Both the position numbers and the translations under genes were made by a program. Positions 53,296 through 64,000 of a stretch of 64,000 nt of DNA are shown in pieces. How positions within the stretch are numbered: the first letter of the stretch is position 1; each line of letters starts with the position of its first letter. The notes beneath the pieces are model-generated. The model did no database searches. It saw only the letters and a program-made list of their open reading frames with translations, and had not been told where the DNA came from. The DNA lies in NCBI RefSeq assembly GCF_964204865.1, contig NC_135255.1, positions 7,998,001-8,062,000 of the forward strand, given 5' to 3'. This DNA is from Styela clava (taxonomy: Eukaryota).

Positions 53296-56200
53296 TCAGT
53301 CAACTTGCTTCATTGATAAATAAGAGCATTTTGTTGTTGTGTGGTTCATTTTCCTGTCCGCTTCTTTACAAATACTGGAACAGTAGCAAACGACATTGCA
53401 GTGAGGACAGGTGTTCCACTGACCTGTCTACAAAGATATATTGTATTTTTTGGAATTGAAAAAAAGAAGGTACCCTTAATTCTATGTCAATTTCCATTCG
53501 CTTTTTGTTCATTTTGATCTCCTGGTTCAAGATTGGTAAACCGTGTTAAGCAGCACACTTGATAGATGAATCTGTGCGCTAATTGTCACTGAATTTTATT
53601 AGTTGTTTGGATGCTATGATTCCCTACCAGTACATTTTATTACGTGTTTGTATTTTTTCTCTGCCATTTATAAGGATGTTTTGCTTATAAATGAACTTGA
53701 CAAACAGACATAGGCCTTACTTGAGATTCCCGCTTTCCACACTCTTTATATGAACATTCTCTGAATACTTTCTCGCATAACTCAGATATTGGATTAAGAA
53801 TAGATGAGAACAATCCTGCGGTGCTGAGTGAAGTTTCAACTCTGCTGCAATTCTCATCTTTATCTGTACGAGAGTGTAAAATTGGAGAGCCAAGTATTAA
53901 CTCGGTAACTAGAGATATGTAGTTACTATTCCAAGTGTACGGTACAGACGGAATAACTCAGTTGATGGGTCTCAACTTTTTTAACAACACAAAACAAATT
54001 GTGCTAATTTTTGCAGACGTTCCCATGTGCATAGGCACTAGGAACCGGTGTTCGATTAGAAAACTAATAGCGATTTGGCTACTGTAGTTAGTAAAATGAA
54101 TAAATATAAACTTATCCTTTAAACTAATACATTGAGTTGCGTATGCAGAATTTTGTGCTAGTATATATAATATTTTGTATTTTCCACATTGGAAAGTCCA
54201 CTTATATGGTATGTTTCGTCATAATTACCTTTTATTTATCAAAATGTTAGTATAAAATTCTGGTAGAGCAAATTAGTTGAGATAGCGTTTGCTGATAAAT
54301 ATCTGAAAACAGTTAAAAATCCTCTTCCTGTCTCTACTCCTGACGGTGGGCGCGCGCATGGCTCAGAGTTGACGAGACAGATAGGCTACTGCGAACATGA
54401 TATTGATCCAACCATGCAAAAACTTATTTCAACGACGGTATACCAACCTATCTTTTAAAACATTCTGGTTCGGATCAAAATGTTGAAAATATCGGTATTC
54501 ATATATCGATATCGAAAAAAAAACCGATATTGCCAATAACAGATATCGGTACATCCCCAGTATATACACGAATAAAATATTGCAAGAACTGAAATATATG
54601 AACCTACCATTGACCCCGGTCAGTGATTTCAGTAGCCATTCAACGGCGTTCTTTATAATAGGCACATTCGAGTCTTTGGAGTTGCTAAAACAATAATAAA
54701 ATTTCAAGCAACGAAGTTAATTAATTAAACAAGGATTATAGCGAATGTACTCGCCAAGTATATGGCACCAGGTTTTTATGGTCATCATAAAAAAAATCGC
54801 ATAAGCGTGTGCATGCTAAAACAACTAGAATTTATTTTCAGTTTGCCACTATTTCCACGACTTTCAATTATGCTATTTACTTCGGAGCTGATTTTCAAGT
54901 TAGTGATGGTTGAATACTTTATCAGACAACATGGATATATTAGCTTTGTCATTATCAATCGGTAACAAAATATGTATTAGGGCAGCAATGTGCAAACTTG
55001 CCCGCAGTTAAGTGCCAAGTTTGATTGGTGTGCAGCACACGAAACGAGATTTTAATTTAGTACGTGCGAGCAATTCCAATTTCTTTGCGTTCCAAAGCCC
55101 ATATCAACAACGCATGTCACAAGATCAGTAACCAAATTTTTGTGTTTCTAACTACTGGGAAGCCTATGTTAAGTGAAGTGCGGCCCGCGGTTTTATCCAG
55201 TTATTTGCATCTGGCCCTTCAGTATTAAAGGTTCCACATCCATGTATTAGGGTATTCATACTGAATCAAAATCGATGTTAGCAAAACGATCTAAAAGGCA
55301 AATCACGTTGTTTCGCTTACATCGCTTGTGCCTCAATACATATTAAGATCTTGCCTTGTTTCGCTGAGAGAAAGTGTCATCATCTTGGATAATTGATATT
55401 GAAACATCAGACCTTTCTTTTGCAGATGTTTTCTTTTTCCAGGCCTAATGTAATACAAACAGTATTTATGAACTATAAGACAATTTTAAAATTCAAAGAA
55501 TCTATTTCATTGCATCATGTTAACTACATAACGTTCGCACGCCGCTAAATAAGGGTTCGGCTCAGTCCGACGATGTAAAATCACGGGATATTTTTTAATG
55601 CCTCTATATCTTTAAATTATGTATGTAATTTTTAAAACAAACGATAATCCGAATTTTAATGTATGTATACCGAATTTTAATGAATTTTAATGTATACTCA
55701 CCATTTTAGGACGGCATGTATGAGAATAATCAGACTGAACAGCAATGCACTTGAACTAAAACTCATATTCCTATAAAAACTCTCAGATTTATCCCACGTT
55801 GGATCACTAGGTGGCTGTTCTGTATTCCAAACCAAAGCACACTGGTATGCGTGGGAAAATACCCTTTCCTGAAGAACTTTCTCCCATTTTGCACTTCGAT
55901 CATCTTGACAGAGCAAAGCGAGCGCCTGTGCATTTTTGAAAAATAATCAAATTAATCACGAGACAACGAGATAAAAATAAAATATACTCATTTTTAATGG
56001 AATAAGATTTCACGTCCAATGCCAGAAAAGAGGAAAGCCAAAAAGACGTCTTTTTCACATGACTAAATCAATTAGAGCTGTGTTTGCGGATTTGAACATC
56101 CCTTGTTTCGAGGCCATGTTAACAATTTTATTGATTTTTATATATTGCCACGCAAGTCCCACGTCCCACCTGCATCGCGATTGTTTGGAACTTGATGAAG

Positions 56201-59200
56201 TGCAATTTCGACATTTCATTTTTTCCTTTCGGACTTTGCAGTTGATCGATACAGATTGATATAAAGTTAGAATCCATGAGTTGTTTGTATGCAGCGTTCA
56301 TGCTGAAATCACAATGCGGAAAATTACATTTGAAAATGGCAAAGGTGAAATCAAATTTGTCGGAGTAAAACTACGCAGAGGTTAGCGAAGCTCTTCATTT
56401 AAATATAATATATATTGAAAGTGGCGGTAGTGAACAGTTAAGAAGAGGAGCAAATCGGTTTTATTTTTTTTTCTATGTGGCGTAACCCTGAACACAGCTC
56501 AGAACAAGTGGTTAACTGATTTATAAGGAGCTGCAATTTGGGAAGGAACTTAATCTTTCCGATTCAATACTTCTTGCCCAATTCATTACATTCTGTGTAA
56601 GGCGCCGTGCATAGTGTCCAAACCCGAGATCTTAGCCTTTTTCATTAACTATTGAATTAATTGCTTTGAAATCTTCAGAGGATATTAAATATTGTATTTT
56701 TGCTATTTCTTTTATTTATTTCAAAACTTTCTGCGGGCTTTATGTGAATTGTTTTCCACTTCGAAATTTTGTGTGATGAACTCTTGCAAATTAATAAAAA
56801 TTATTTTGTACCAGTTCTTCGACCTCTTTCGTGCTAAGCGAAAGTCGGAAGTTATTTGACGATAACGGTACTGTAAAAAGGTAAAGTAGACTACTGCCTC
56901 GCTTTGTTCTGCGTGTCCATATATTTGAGCTCTCTTGTTTATTTATAATAACACATGTTGTTGCTCTTTCGGGCGAATTGAATAAATTAGAGTTATGAAA
57001 ACATTTGCAAAAAAGGGCCAATTTACTTCTCTGCTAATATGACAACCACGAGTCTGTCAATAACACTGATAGCCGGAACCATATCACACTGTAGATCACC
57101 TTCATTAACCATCTTCACTAACTTGTCCAAGAACCAAGATTGTCGACTCAGAACAAGCTAAATATAACAATATACTTTCCGTAAATAAAAATTTCCAATA
57201 TATCTTTCACACTAAAATGAAATTTTTCATTTTTCTCAATTTTGTTCGTCAATGTTCACATTCGGTTTGTGATAAAATAAACTACTGACTGACTGACTGG
57301 TATAACAACTTCTCAACGTTTTATGCGCCCTTCACTGCGAACAAGCACCCACTTCTACACACAAAGCTCGGGTTTGGTATTCCGTGCCCAATGCTTTACA
57401 CCAGGGAGTGCAACATTTTTGTCGTTGGGTCATTTACGCTCATCCAGACATCTAGCTGGTTCACACAAATAATTTGTGCTTTTCCATATACACAACGAAT
57501 TGAAAAATTCTTACAATGCAAAATTTTAGTGGGACATTTGAAATTTTGAATTCTTAAATTGTTTGTTGACACAAGCTTTGACAGAATTTGTAGCAACCCC
57601 TAACTGACTAGTCAAATGTTCATCAGTCAGCTGACAAGCGAACAGAATGCGACTATAGATTAGACTCACAGTAATAAAGGCACCGGGAAAACGGCAAAAG
57701 ATTTAAAGCATCGACAAGAGAAAAAAACATTATGTATTTTTACCCATGTGTGCGCCTTTTCAAACATTATCTGTCAGATCAAGATTTTATGCTTGACGGG
57801 GGAAAATCTGAATGTTGACAAGGGTCACTCACATCAAATGGCTTAGCGGGCCGGGTTGTGGCCCGTGGGCTGTCCCGTGGGCTCAATATTAGTTCTACTA
57901 CAAATAGCAAGAGCCATACCCACTCAATATGATCAACACATAGAATATTCGTCAACGCATCAAGACATTTCTGCTGGATGATCGGAAGAACAGGATTCTA
58001 AAAAATACCCCAATCATTAATTTCTTTTAATATTCGTGCAGTATTCGTGTAATAATAGCATAGTAAATCAAATGACGGACAAATATGAATCATGAAGACA
58101 TCGTAATTTTTTTTAAAAAGACCATATACCAACCTGGATCATAGAAAATATAACAGGAAGGCCACCTTGCTCTACAATTTCCCAACATAGCCCATGCAAT
58201 ACACGGCGAAAAGTTGTTCCAGATTTTGTATTGCAATTTTCTGAAAAGATTTATTACTTGTTATTCGAGCGATTAAAAAAACGATTTTAAACTGTAAAAT
58301 CTTTTTCATGATTTCAAACAGATCACCATGTTTATTAAAAAAAAGAAGCTTTTAATAACTACGCAAATTATCTGGACCTACATATCCATAAGTATGTGCA
58401 CCAAGATGGCGCGCAACCTAAAAGCGTTCAGATTGTGCGCCATCTTGGTGCACATACTTCGAGAGCGTCAATTATCTATATAAGATAAATGAACAAGAAC
58501 TATCATCGATTGACAGTTAGACGTAACAATTATCAACCTATCAGACATAGAAAAAACTTTCCAAGATAAATAACAAATTGCACGATCAGAAAACAACATA
58601 GTATAGGGCCCAGGGATGGCGAACCTTTTTCAATGAATGGGTCAAAAATTATAATTTTATCGCGGAATAGAAGAGAGTTGGTCACAGATATTTAATTCAC
58701 GTTTGTATCTATAAGAAACTTCTGAAACAAATCTTATAAGCTGGTGTTGGTATAGTTTTGGGCTTTACTTATGCAGCACTTCTATCAGGCCCTTTATGGC
58801 ACTCGGTTCTAATGATATTAGAGTACGAAAAAAACGCAATTACCAAAAACGTTTAGGATGATGCGTTAAATTATTTTACAGTTCTAGTGTTTGGAGGTAA
58901 TTCCGCTTTGATAGTGGTAAAATTTTGGATCAGCGTCCAACCACATTAAGGCCATTGCCATTGTTATATCAGATTTATAGATTTTTCTTTCTGGAAGATT
59001 TTGTTTTCTCAGCGGCATTGTAGGCGAGAAACTAATAAAATGCAAAGAGGCATCCAGTTCTCGTATAACCCCTAAAACAGTCTGCAGATGCACTTCCGAA
59101 TAAGACAAGCCTTGCGAGAAATGAACAGATCAATTGTAGTGTTATGTCATAAACGATGTCAGGCCCAATAGCTGAATAACGGTATACAACAGTGCATATA

Positions 59201-60952
59201 TGCGTCCAAGATTAGGGGTTTTGAAAATTACCATACCGGCTCAAAAATCAACATTTTGAATTTGAGCTATCGCAGCCCTGACTGTCCAACTGACGGTACA
59301 TTATAATAGTTTAGTTATTGTTAGATTAATTTAAGGCCGGTTTCATCAATTTTTATCACTGATATGTTAGCATTTATTTTATTTGTGCCTTCGCTTGGCG
59401 GGTCACAAATAAAACGCGGTGGGTCACTTTGTGACTCGCGGGTCAGTGGTTCGCCATCCCTGGACTATAGGTCAATATTATTGCTGAAATGGATGAATTA
59501 CCAAGTTTAGTGAATCCACGCTGTCGAATATCGCGAGGAGGTCTGCTTTTCTGCAAATCCAAGAAAGTACAAGCTTGTAGCGATCCGTGATAAAGAGCAA
59601 ACATCAACTGACTCAAGTTAAACAATGATTCAGCTTGTCTCAATGCTAAAGAACATTGATAATTAATTTTATTTTGCGTATTTTTTACTTATTTCCATCA
59701 GAACTATTCATTCAACAGGTATATAGCTTAAGCCAAGGTAGGTGTTGCCTCTTTTTCGTGAGGATTATTGTATATCCAAGCAAAGGGCTATAGTACATCA
59801 GGAGCCGCTATTTCTCTATTTTAGTTAAATGTGGGCAGTCTGTTCATTTATTTGTGTTTCCCACATCTCTGCTTATCATTTTAAAGATCCTCGCATCTAA
59901 TGGAATTATTAACCGCATCTGCTGAAAAATTAAAATACTGCAAACCTACCTATGATGCAAATTTCCCCGTTGTTGCACTTTTCAATAAATTCACCATTAC
60001 TCCAAAGAAATGGTCGATCGTCATTTCCCTGGAAGTATTGGGAAGACACTTTAAAAAAAACGTAGTAAATATCCTCAACGCAAGTGACGCTAGACAACCT
60101 TATTTATCGTAGTGCAAGGCCGAGCTTATTCGTGTTCGTGCAACAACCATGTTCAGCGGTAGGATTTTACTCGTAGATGCCTATAATTCGACTAAACGGC
60201 ACTAGCGTTCACCTCACAGATGATGTTACAGCATTCTTACAGATGTGCGAAGTCACTTTCCTCATTTCAGATTTATAAGTTTTAAACAAAAAGCTATAAA
60301 ACAATACAATATACAGAAGGATTTTTGACAAAACGAACAGCAATCTTACTTCAGTAGTTAGATTTTCAACAAGATGGTCCGAATCAAAATTATCAAGATC
60401 CAGAAAAGAATACCAATCGTTGAACTTGAATCCTATTTCTCTCAAGTGGTGTTCAATACTAGCAGTATTCATAGACACTCCTCCGACCTCAAAAATAGTA
60501 TAAAGACATTACGTCACTAAAGAAAGTTACGCTTTTGAACCTCATTGATAGAAAAATATAACCAAATGGGATGAAAACTCAATACATTAAATTGTGCACC
60601 CAAATAATTGATAATAATTCTAGTCTGAAATTGTTTTTGGAACTTGACTTGGTCGAGTCTTGCAAATGACCGGATTCCATTAGCAAAAAAACAATATAAT
60701 AGTTTAATAATAATGCACATTTTATATAAGCTGCATCATTTCACCTACATTGCTAAATAGTAAGACCCACTTAATTCAGCTCAAAATTATAAATAGTAAA
60801 CAGTATTTGCACCTGAAATCATTCAGACAACTTCCGTAAACTTTGAAAACAGTTGGAATTTCATTGCAAAAAGGGTGAATCCATACAGAACTTTAGACAA
60901 TTAAGAAGATTATTTGAAATACATAATAATATAATCAAAATCACCGTACCAT
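53296..60952 (-). CDS. Uncharacterised ~512-aa protein: helical/ARM-like repeats plus a C-terminal MYND-type zinc finger
   Basis: Phase-consistent exons: 60952-60950 (putative ATG), 60487-60350, 60028-59950, 59645-59502, 58240-58134, 57997-57920, 57157-57027, 56302-56170, 55925-55702, 55444-55340, 54684-54608, 53908-53721, 53427-53296. MYND finger: CSYKECGKRESQTGQWNTCPHCNVVCYCSSICKEADRKMNHTTTKC. ARM-like segments: IVEQGGLPVIFSMIQ..IQQKCLDALTNIL and LMDSNFISICIDQL..AMQALALLC. Alternative start at 60472. Confidence 0.8.
54455..54560. mobile_element. Degraded right end of a family B-like hAT element
   Basis: AAAACATTCTGG..ATATCGGTA..CCGATATTGCC..ATATCGGTACATCC resembles 49573-49717. Confidence 0.5.
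54983..55244. mobile_element. hAT-type MITE
   Basis: Perfect 8-bp TSD TATTAGGG, degenerate CAG..CATG termini, GCGGCCCGCGG subterminal motif. Confidence 0.7.
58374..58469. mobile_element. Palindromic MITE family C copy 2
   Basis: AAGTATGTGCACCAAGATGGCGC / GCGCCATCTTGGTGCACATACTT inverted arms, flanked by the direct repeat AATTATCT. Confidence 0.75.
58611..59462. mobile_element. hAT-type non-autonomous element (~850 bp)
   Basis: Perfect 15-bp TIR CAGGGATGGCGAACC and GGGTCA-rich subtermini. No recognisable TSD. Confidence 0.8.
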
Positions 60953-60998
60953 TTTGCAATATAATTTGTCCCTCGATCAAGTTGCTTCGCCTGTCGCT

Positions 60999-61011
60999 GT
61001 TACCAGGTAAG
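60999..61011. promoter_or_regulatory. X-box-like motif upstream of the ARM-MYND gene
   Basis: GTTACCAGGTAAG lies ~50 bp upstream of the putative ATG at 60952, with a second half-site GGGTAAC at ~61035-61041. Confidence 0.45.
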
Positions 61012-61809
61012 ATGCTATCCGTAATCAGCTGTTTGGGTAACATTATGACGAGTAGAAACGCAAAACATGTGTTTAGATACTTTATTGCGTCATAACGGGA
61101 AAACATGAGCTCGCCATTTAAATTCCATCATGCCCATCAGATTAACAGATAAGCGCTCTCCATTTCTTCAGGGGTTCCTCGTTACTCCATCTTTAAACCT
61201 ATCAAAACGGTTCATATATTTGATTGCTTTGGTATTTACTCTTTTAGTACCGCGACCCCCAAACATAATAATTTTGATGAACTGAACTGTCTCTGCTTTC
61301 CCTCCCTTCAATGTCGAAAGAAAGTAATAAAGCATTCATCTACATTTAGCCTGTTTGGTCTCATCTTGATTTGGACATATTCTGTATATATTCACGTATC
61401 CTGACAGCGCGGAAATTTCATGCCAAGTTCTGCGTTTCATGTATGGTAGCGCCAAAAAATGAAGTCTTCTTTACTGCACGTTACGAAGAAAATAAAAAAA
61501 AAAACTGCAATACAATTCCGTATTTGCATAAATATATGTTGAATAAAATACATGCACGGATGGCTAGCAAGATTAACAGATATGCAAAAAAGTATACATC
61601 GCGTGTATTACCGAGGAAAAAAAACTTGAAAAGAAATAAAAATCTTCGATCTTTCACTTTATTAGCAAATATCAATTTCTTGAATATGAACGCAATGTTC
61701 GTATTTGCACAGGTACATATAAATGATATCAATCGAACCCGAAAGTGAAGTATTAGTTGCAAAACAAGACCATTAAAAGCAAACAAAACACGTGGGTTCA
61801 GCGCATGAG

Positions 61810-61920
61810 GGCCCGTTCACATATGTTCACACCATTGCGTTGACGCACCTTAAAACCTTGTTTATTTAACTTAATCGTGCGTTGCTGCGTTAACGCATTG
61901 CGTCAACGCAGTGCGTTGTT
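61810..61920. repeat. Cluster of TGCGTTRACGCA palindromes, probably a transposon terminus
   Basis: TGCGTTGACGCA, TGCGTTAACGCA and TGCGTCAACGCA occur within ~80 bp after GGCCCGTTCACA. Confidence 0.5.
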
Positions 61921-62079
61921 GGAAGACAATTCTTGCGGCTTGAACCAATTCCAGTTTCGACAGAAGTAAATGCACTGGTATAACACGTATAGCTTTAACT
62001 AAAACGTATTTGGCAATAATATCGCCCATATAATTTTTACAAGCCGACTAGTCCACTAGTCCAGCTCGCGGTATGATCG

Positions 62080-62460
62080 ACATGGTTTACTATATACCAA
62101 ATTAATTGCAAGAAAGCTCACGGCCTCCGGCCAACTCAGTCGGACACGTGACCCACCGAGTGACCAGCGGTAACCCATAGTGAGGCGTTGACCACCGAGT
62201 TTATACCGAGGCGCGCTTTAAACATTGTTTCTTTATTGTCCCTACCTGCTTTCACAGCGCGGAAGTTAACTGATTCGCAACCAATCAGACCGCTCCGTTA
62301 CACAGAAGTGAGAGAAGTGAGGTTGTTGTGAAAATGAAATAGGAGGGCACGTGTATTAGGTGTATTAGGCGTGAGACTTCAGCGAATACCGTAGTTTTCA
62401 TAAGTCGTTTGCTTTGTTTGGCTTTCCTTTAGTCTCGGTGTTGGTTCCCGTTTTATCGTC
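62080..62460 (+). promoter_or_regulatory. Probable promoter of the next (+) gene
   Basis: CpG-rich patch, CCAATCAG at 62281, CACGTG at 62145 and 62348, followed by a pyrimidine-rich leader and CpG-poorer intron-like DNA. Confidence 0.45.
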
Positions 62461-63968
62461 ATCTTAAATTTCGCAATACATGGGAAATATCTTATATAGA
62501 CAAGCTGTTGTGTTGAAGGGGTTCATATTCTAGTACCGGTACTGTAGTAAATTATTACAGCAGAATCGAACCCCTCCAAACGTCTCGGGTCTGTCGGTGA
62601 ACAGGTGAAACCATTGTCTGATTGTTAGCATTCTTATTTTAATTTTAACCAACTAGGCTACTCGACTCGATTTTGAATGTATAAATAGTTCAAATTATTC
62701 TATTCCTATTGTTTATTACTGGGAAGATCTGAATAAAGGTAAAAAAACAGAATTACAGAATTGAGTTGAGAGAAAAGAGAAATTTTTCTGATATTTCGCT
62801 TTGTGTGACCAAGGTGGTTTGAATAAACTGATTCTAGTTTTTTTTGAAACGAACATCTACGGACTGAATTACCCTAACTGCTGAACTGTCATCAGAAAAA
62901 TAGTTGCAAATGTCATAACATCATGCGCTTAAAAAGCGAGAATAGGGTACCAGTATATCTTTTCTGAATTCCAGAACTCAATGACATTTTAGATAGTTTT
63001 GTAGTTATTAGTATCGAACTACTTCAAGTAAAGTTTGTATGGTGTACTCCTGAATTATGTTTTCTTCAAAATAACCGACTGTGTATAGAAAAAGAGTAAT
63101 AGTTGTAACGGTATATATATTTCAGTATTTATCATTGAACTGCTGGAATATTGTTGTTTGATGCAAGACTCTGTCAGTCTGTAGTGTGTTCCTAATGCAA
63201 TCTTCAGATCTTGAGTGAACAAATGAGTCTCATGTATTTAGTGTATTGCAATTAGGTTTTTTGATATTACTGAAAAAACAGCAGCTACAGCTGCGTTACT
63301 GCAGTTCTAGGATTTTAGCAATCCAAAAATCTGCTTGTTCACAAATTTGTGGGAAAAGATATCAGATACCAAATTGAGTCCCTTCCACTGTAATATCTTT
63401 CAATGGTCTGTCAGCCTCTTTTTATTCAATTTGGAAACTTAGTTGTTATATTTTCCTGATTATAATATGAATTGTGTATATTATTTATTACGGATACTCT
63501 ATACTGCCATAGTATGCTCTGTTGTCCATCACTTTTCATCAACAGCAATTTAAATTGTTCCATCAAAAAGTTATGCTCACTTGTTTTTGAGAATTTTGTT
63601 TCTTTTCATAATTCGTATCGTTGAACACCAGTTTTGTAATTTCGTTAAAAAGATCAATGTCATGGTCGGAGAGGAGCTGTAATAAAAAACATTATGCGGA
63701 TGAATTTGACCATGGCATCTCTGTTGTGCCAAGTGCGTGTTGAAGTAACCTCGCTTTTTTTACTTATCCATATAAAAAGCTATTAATATCTTGTTTATTT
63801 GGATTGCTTTCACAAAAGCATCGATACTTAATATCATATTCTGATCCGATCATAAGCTGCATTTTAGTATTTTATTTCATGGATCTGTGGTAACAGGATT
63901 ATTATTTCCATCTTTTGGCAATACCAACTAGCAAGCTGGATCACCAATACACAAAATCGTATGATGAA

Positions 63969-64000
63969 ATGAATGATGTGGATATTGATGTTGAAAGTGA
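63969..64000 (+). CDS. Possible first coding exon (MNDVDIDVES...), reminiscent of the Max N-terminus; truncated by the window edge
   Basis: Only 10 codons are visible; they resemble MSDNDDIEVESD of Max. Too short to identify. Confidence 0.25.
   Translation, partial: MNDVDIDVES

Noticed and set aside
53270-53300. CTGATGA on the minus strand as a hammerhead ribozyme core
   Set aside because: No GAAA follows a stem II; it is simply the tandem stop codons of the MYND gene.
56791-57021. ORF/exon candidate inside the MYND gene
   Set aside because: The flanking exons (57027 and 56302) already join in phase and read coherently without it.
53296-60952. Calling the MYND gene ZMYND10
   Set aside because: The architecture is similar, but I recognise no ZMYND10-specific sequence, so no symbol is given.
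60861-61106. 81-aa ORF with a signal-peptide-like start as first exon of the MYND gene
   Set aside because: At the donor (60950/60949) this frame is phase 1, incompatible with the phase-0 next exon.

Overview
This is AT-rich eukaryotic DNA with short GT-AG introns. Gene content and style suggest an invertebrate chordate, probably an ascidian (inference only). I assembled six protein-coding genes by hand with phase-consistent exon chains: (1) a VDR/PXR-like (NR1I) nuclear receptor on the minus strand, with a long ~300-aa N-terminal region, running off the left edge; (2) DNALI1 (+); (3) a C8orf34/VEST1 homolog (-); (4) a completely intronless KIF6 (-); (5) NSMCE2/MMS21 (+); (6) an unnamed ~512-aa helical/ARM-like protein with a C-terminal MYND zinc finger (-). 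The start of a possible seventh gene (Max-like N-terminus) lies at the right edge. Introns and intergenic DNA carry many non-autonomous DNA transposons (hAT-type and GG..CC Merlin-like, mostly with 8-bp target-site duplications, TSDs), one tRNA-derived SINE, several hairpins and many TA-nnn-TA motifs resembling Tc1/mariner excision footprints. The best candidate for an undescribed system is a cluster of cilia-associated genes with RFX X-box-like motifs, including the intronless KIF6 directly upstream of C8orf34 and the uncharacterised ARM-MYND protein. No prokaryotic systems (CRISPR etc.) are present.
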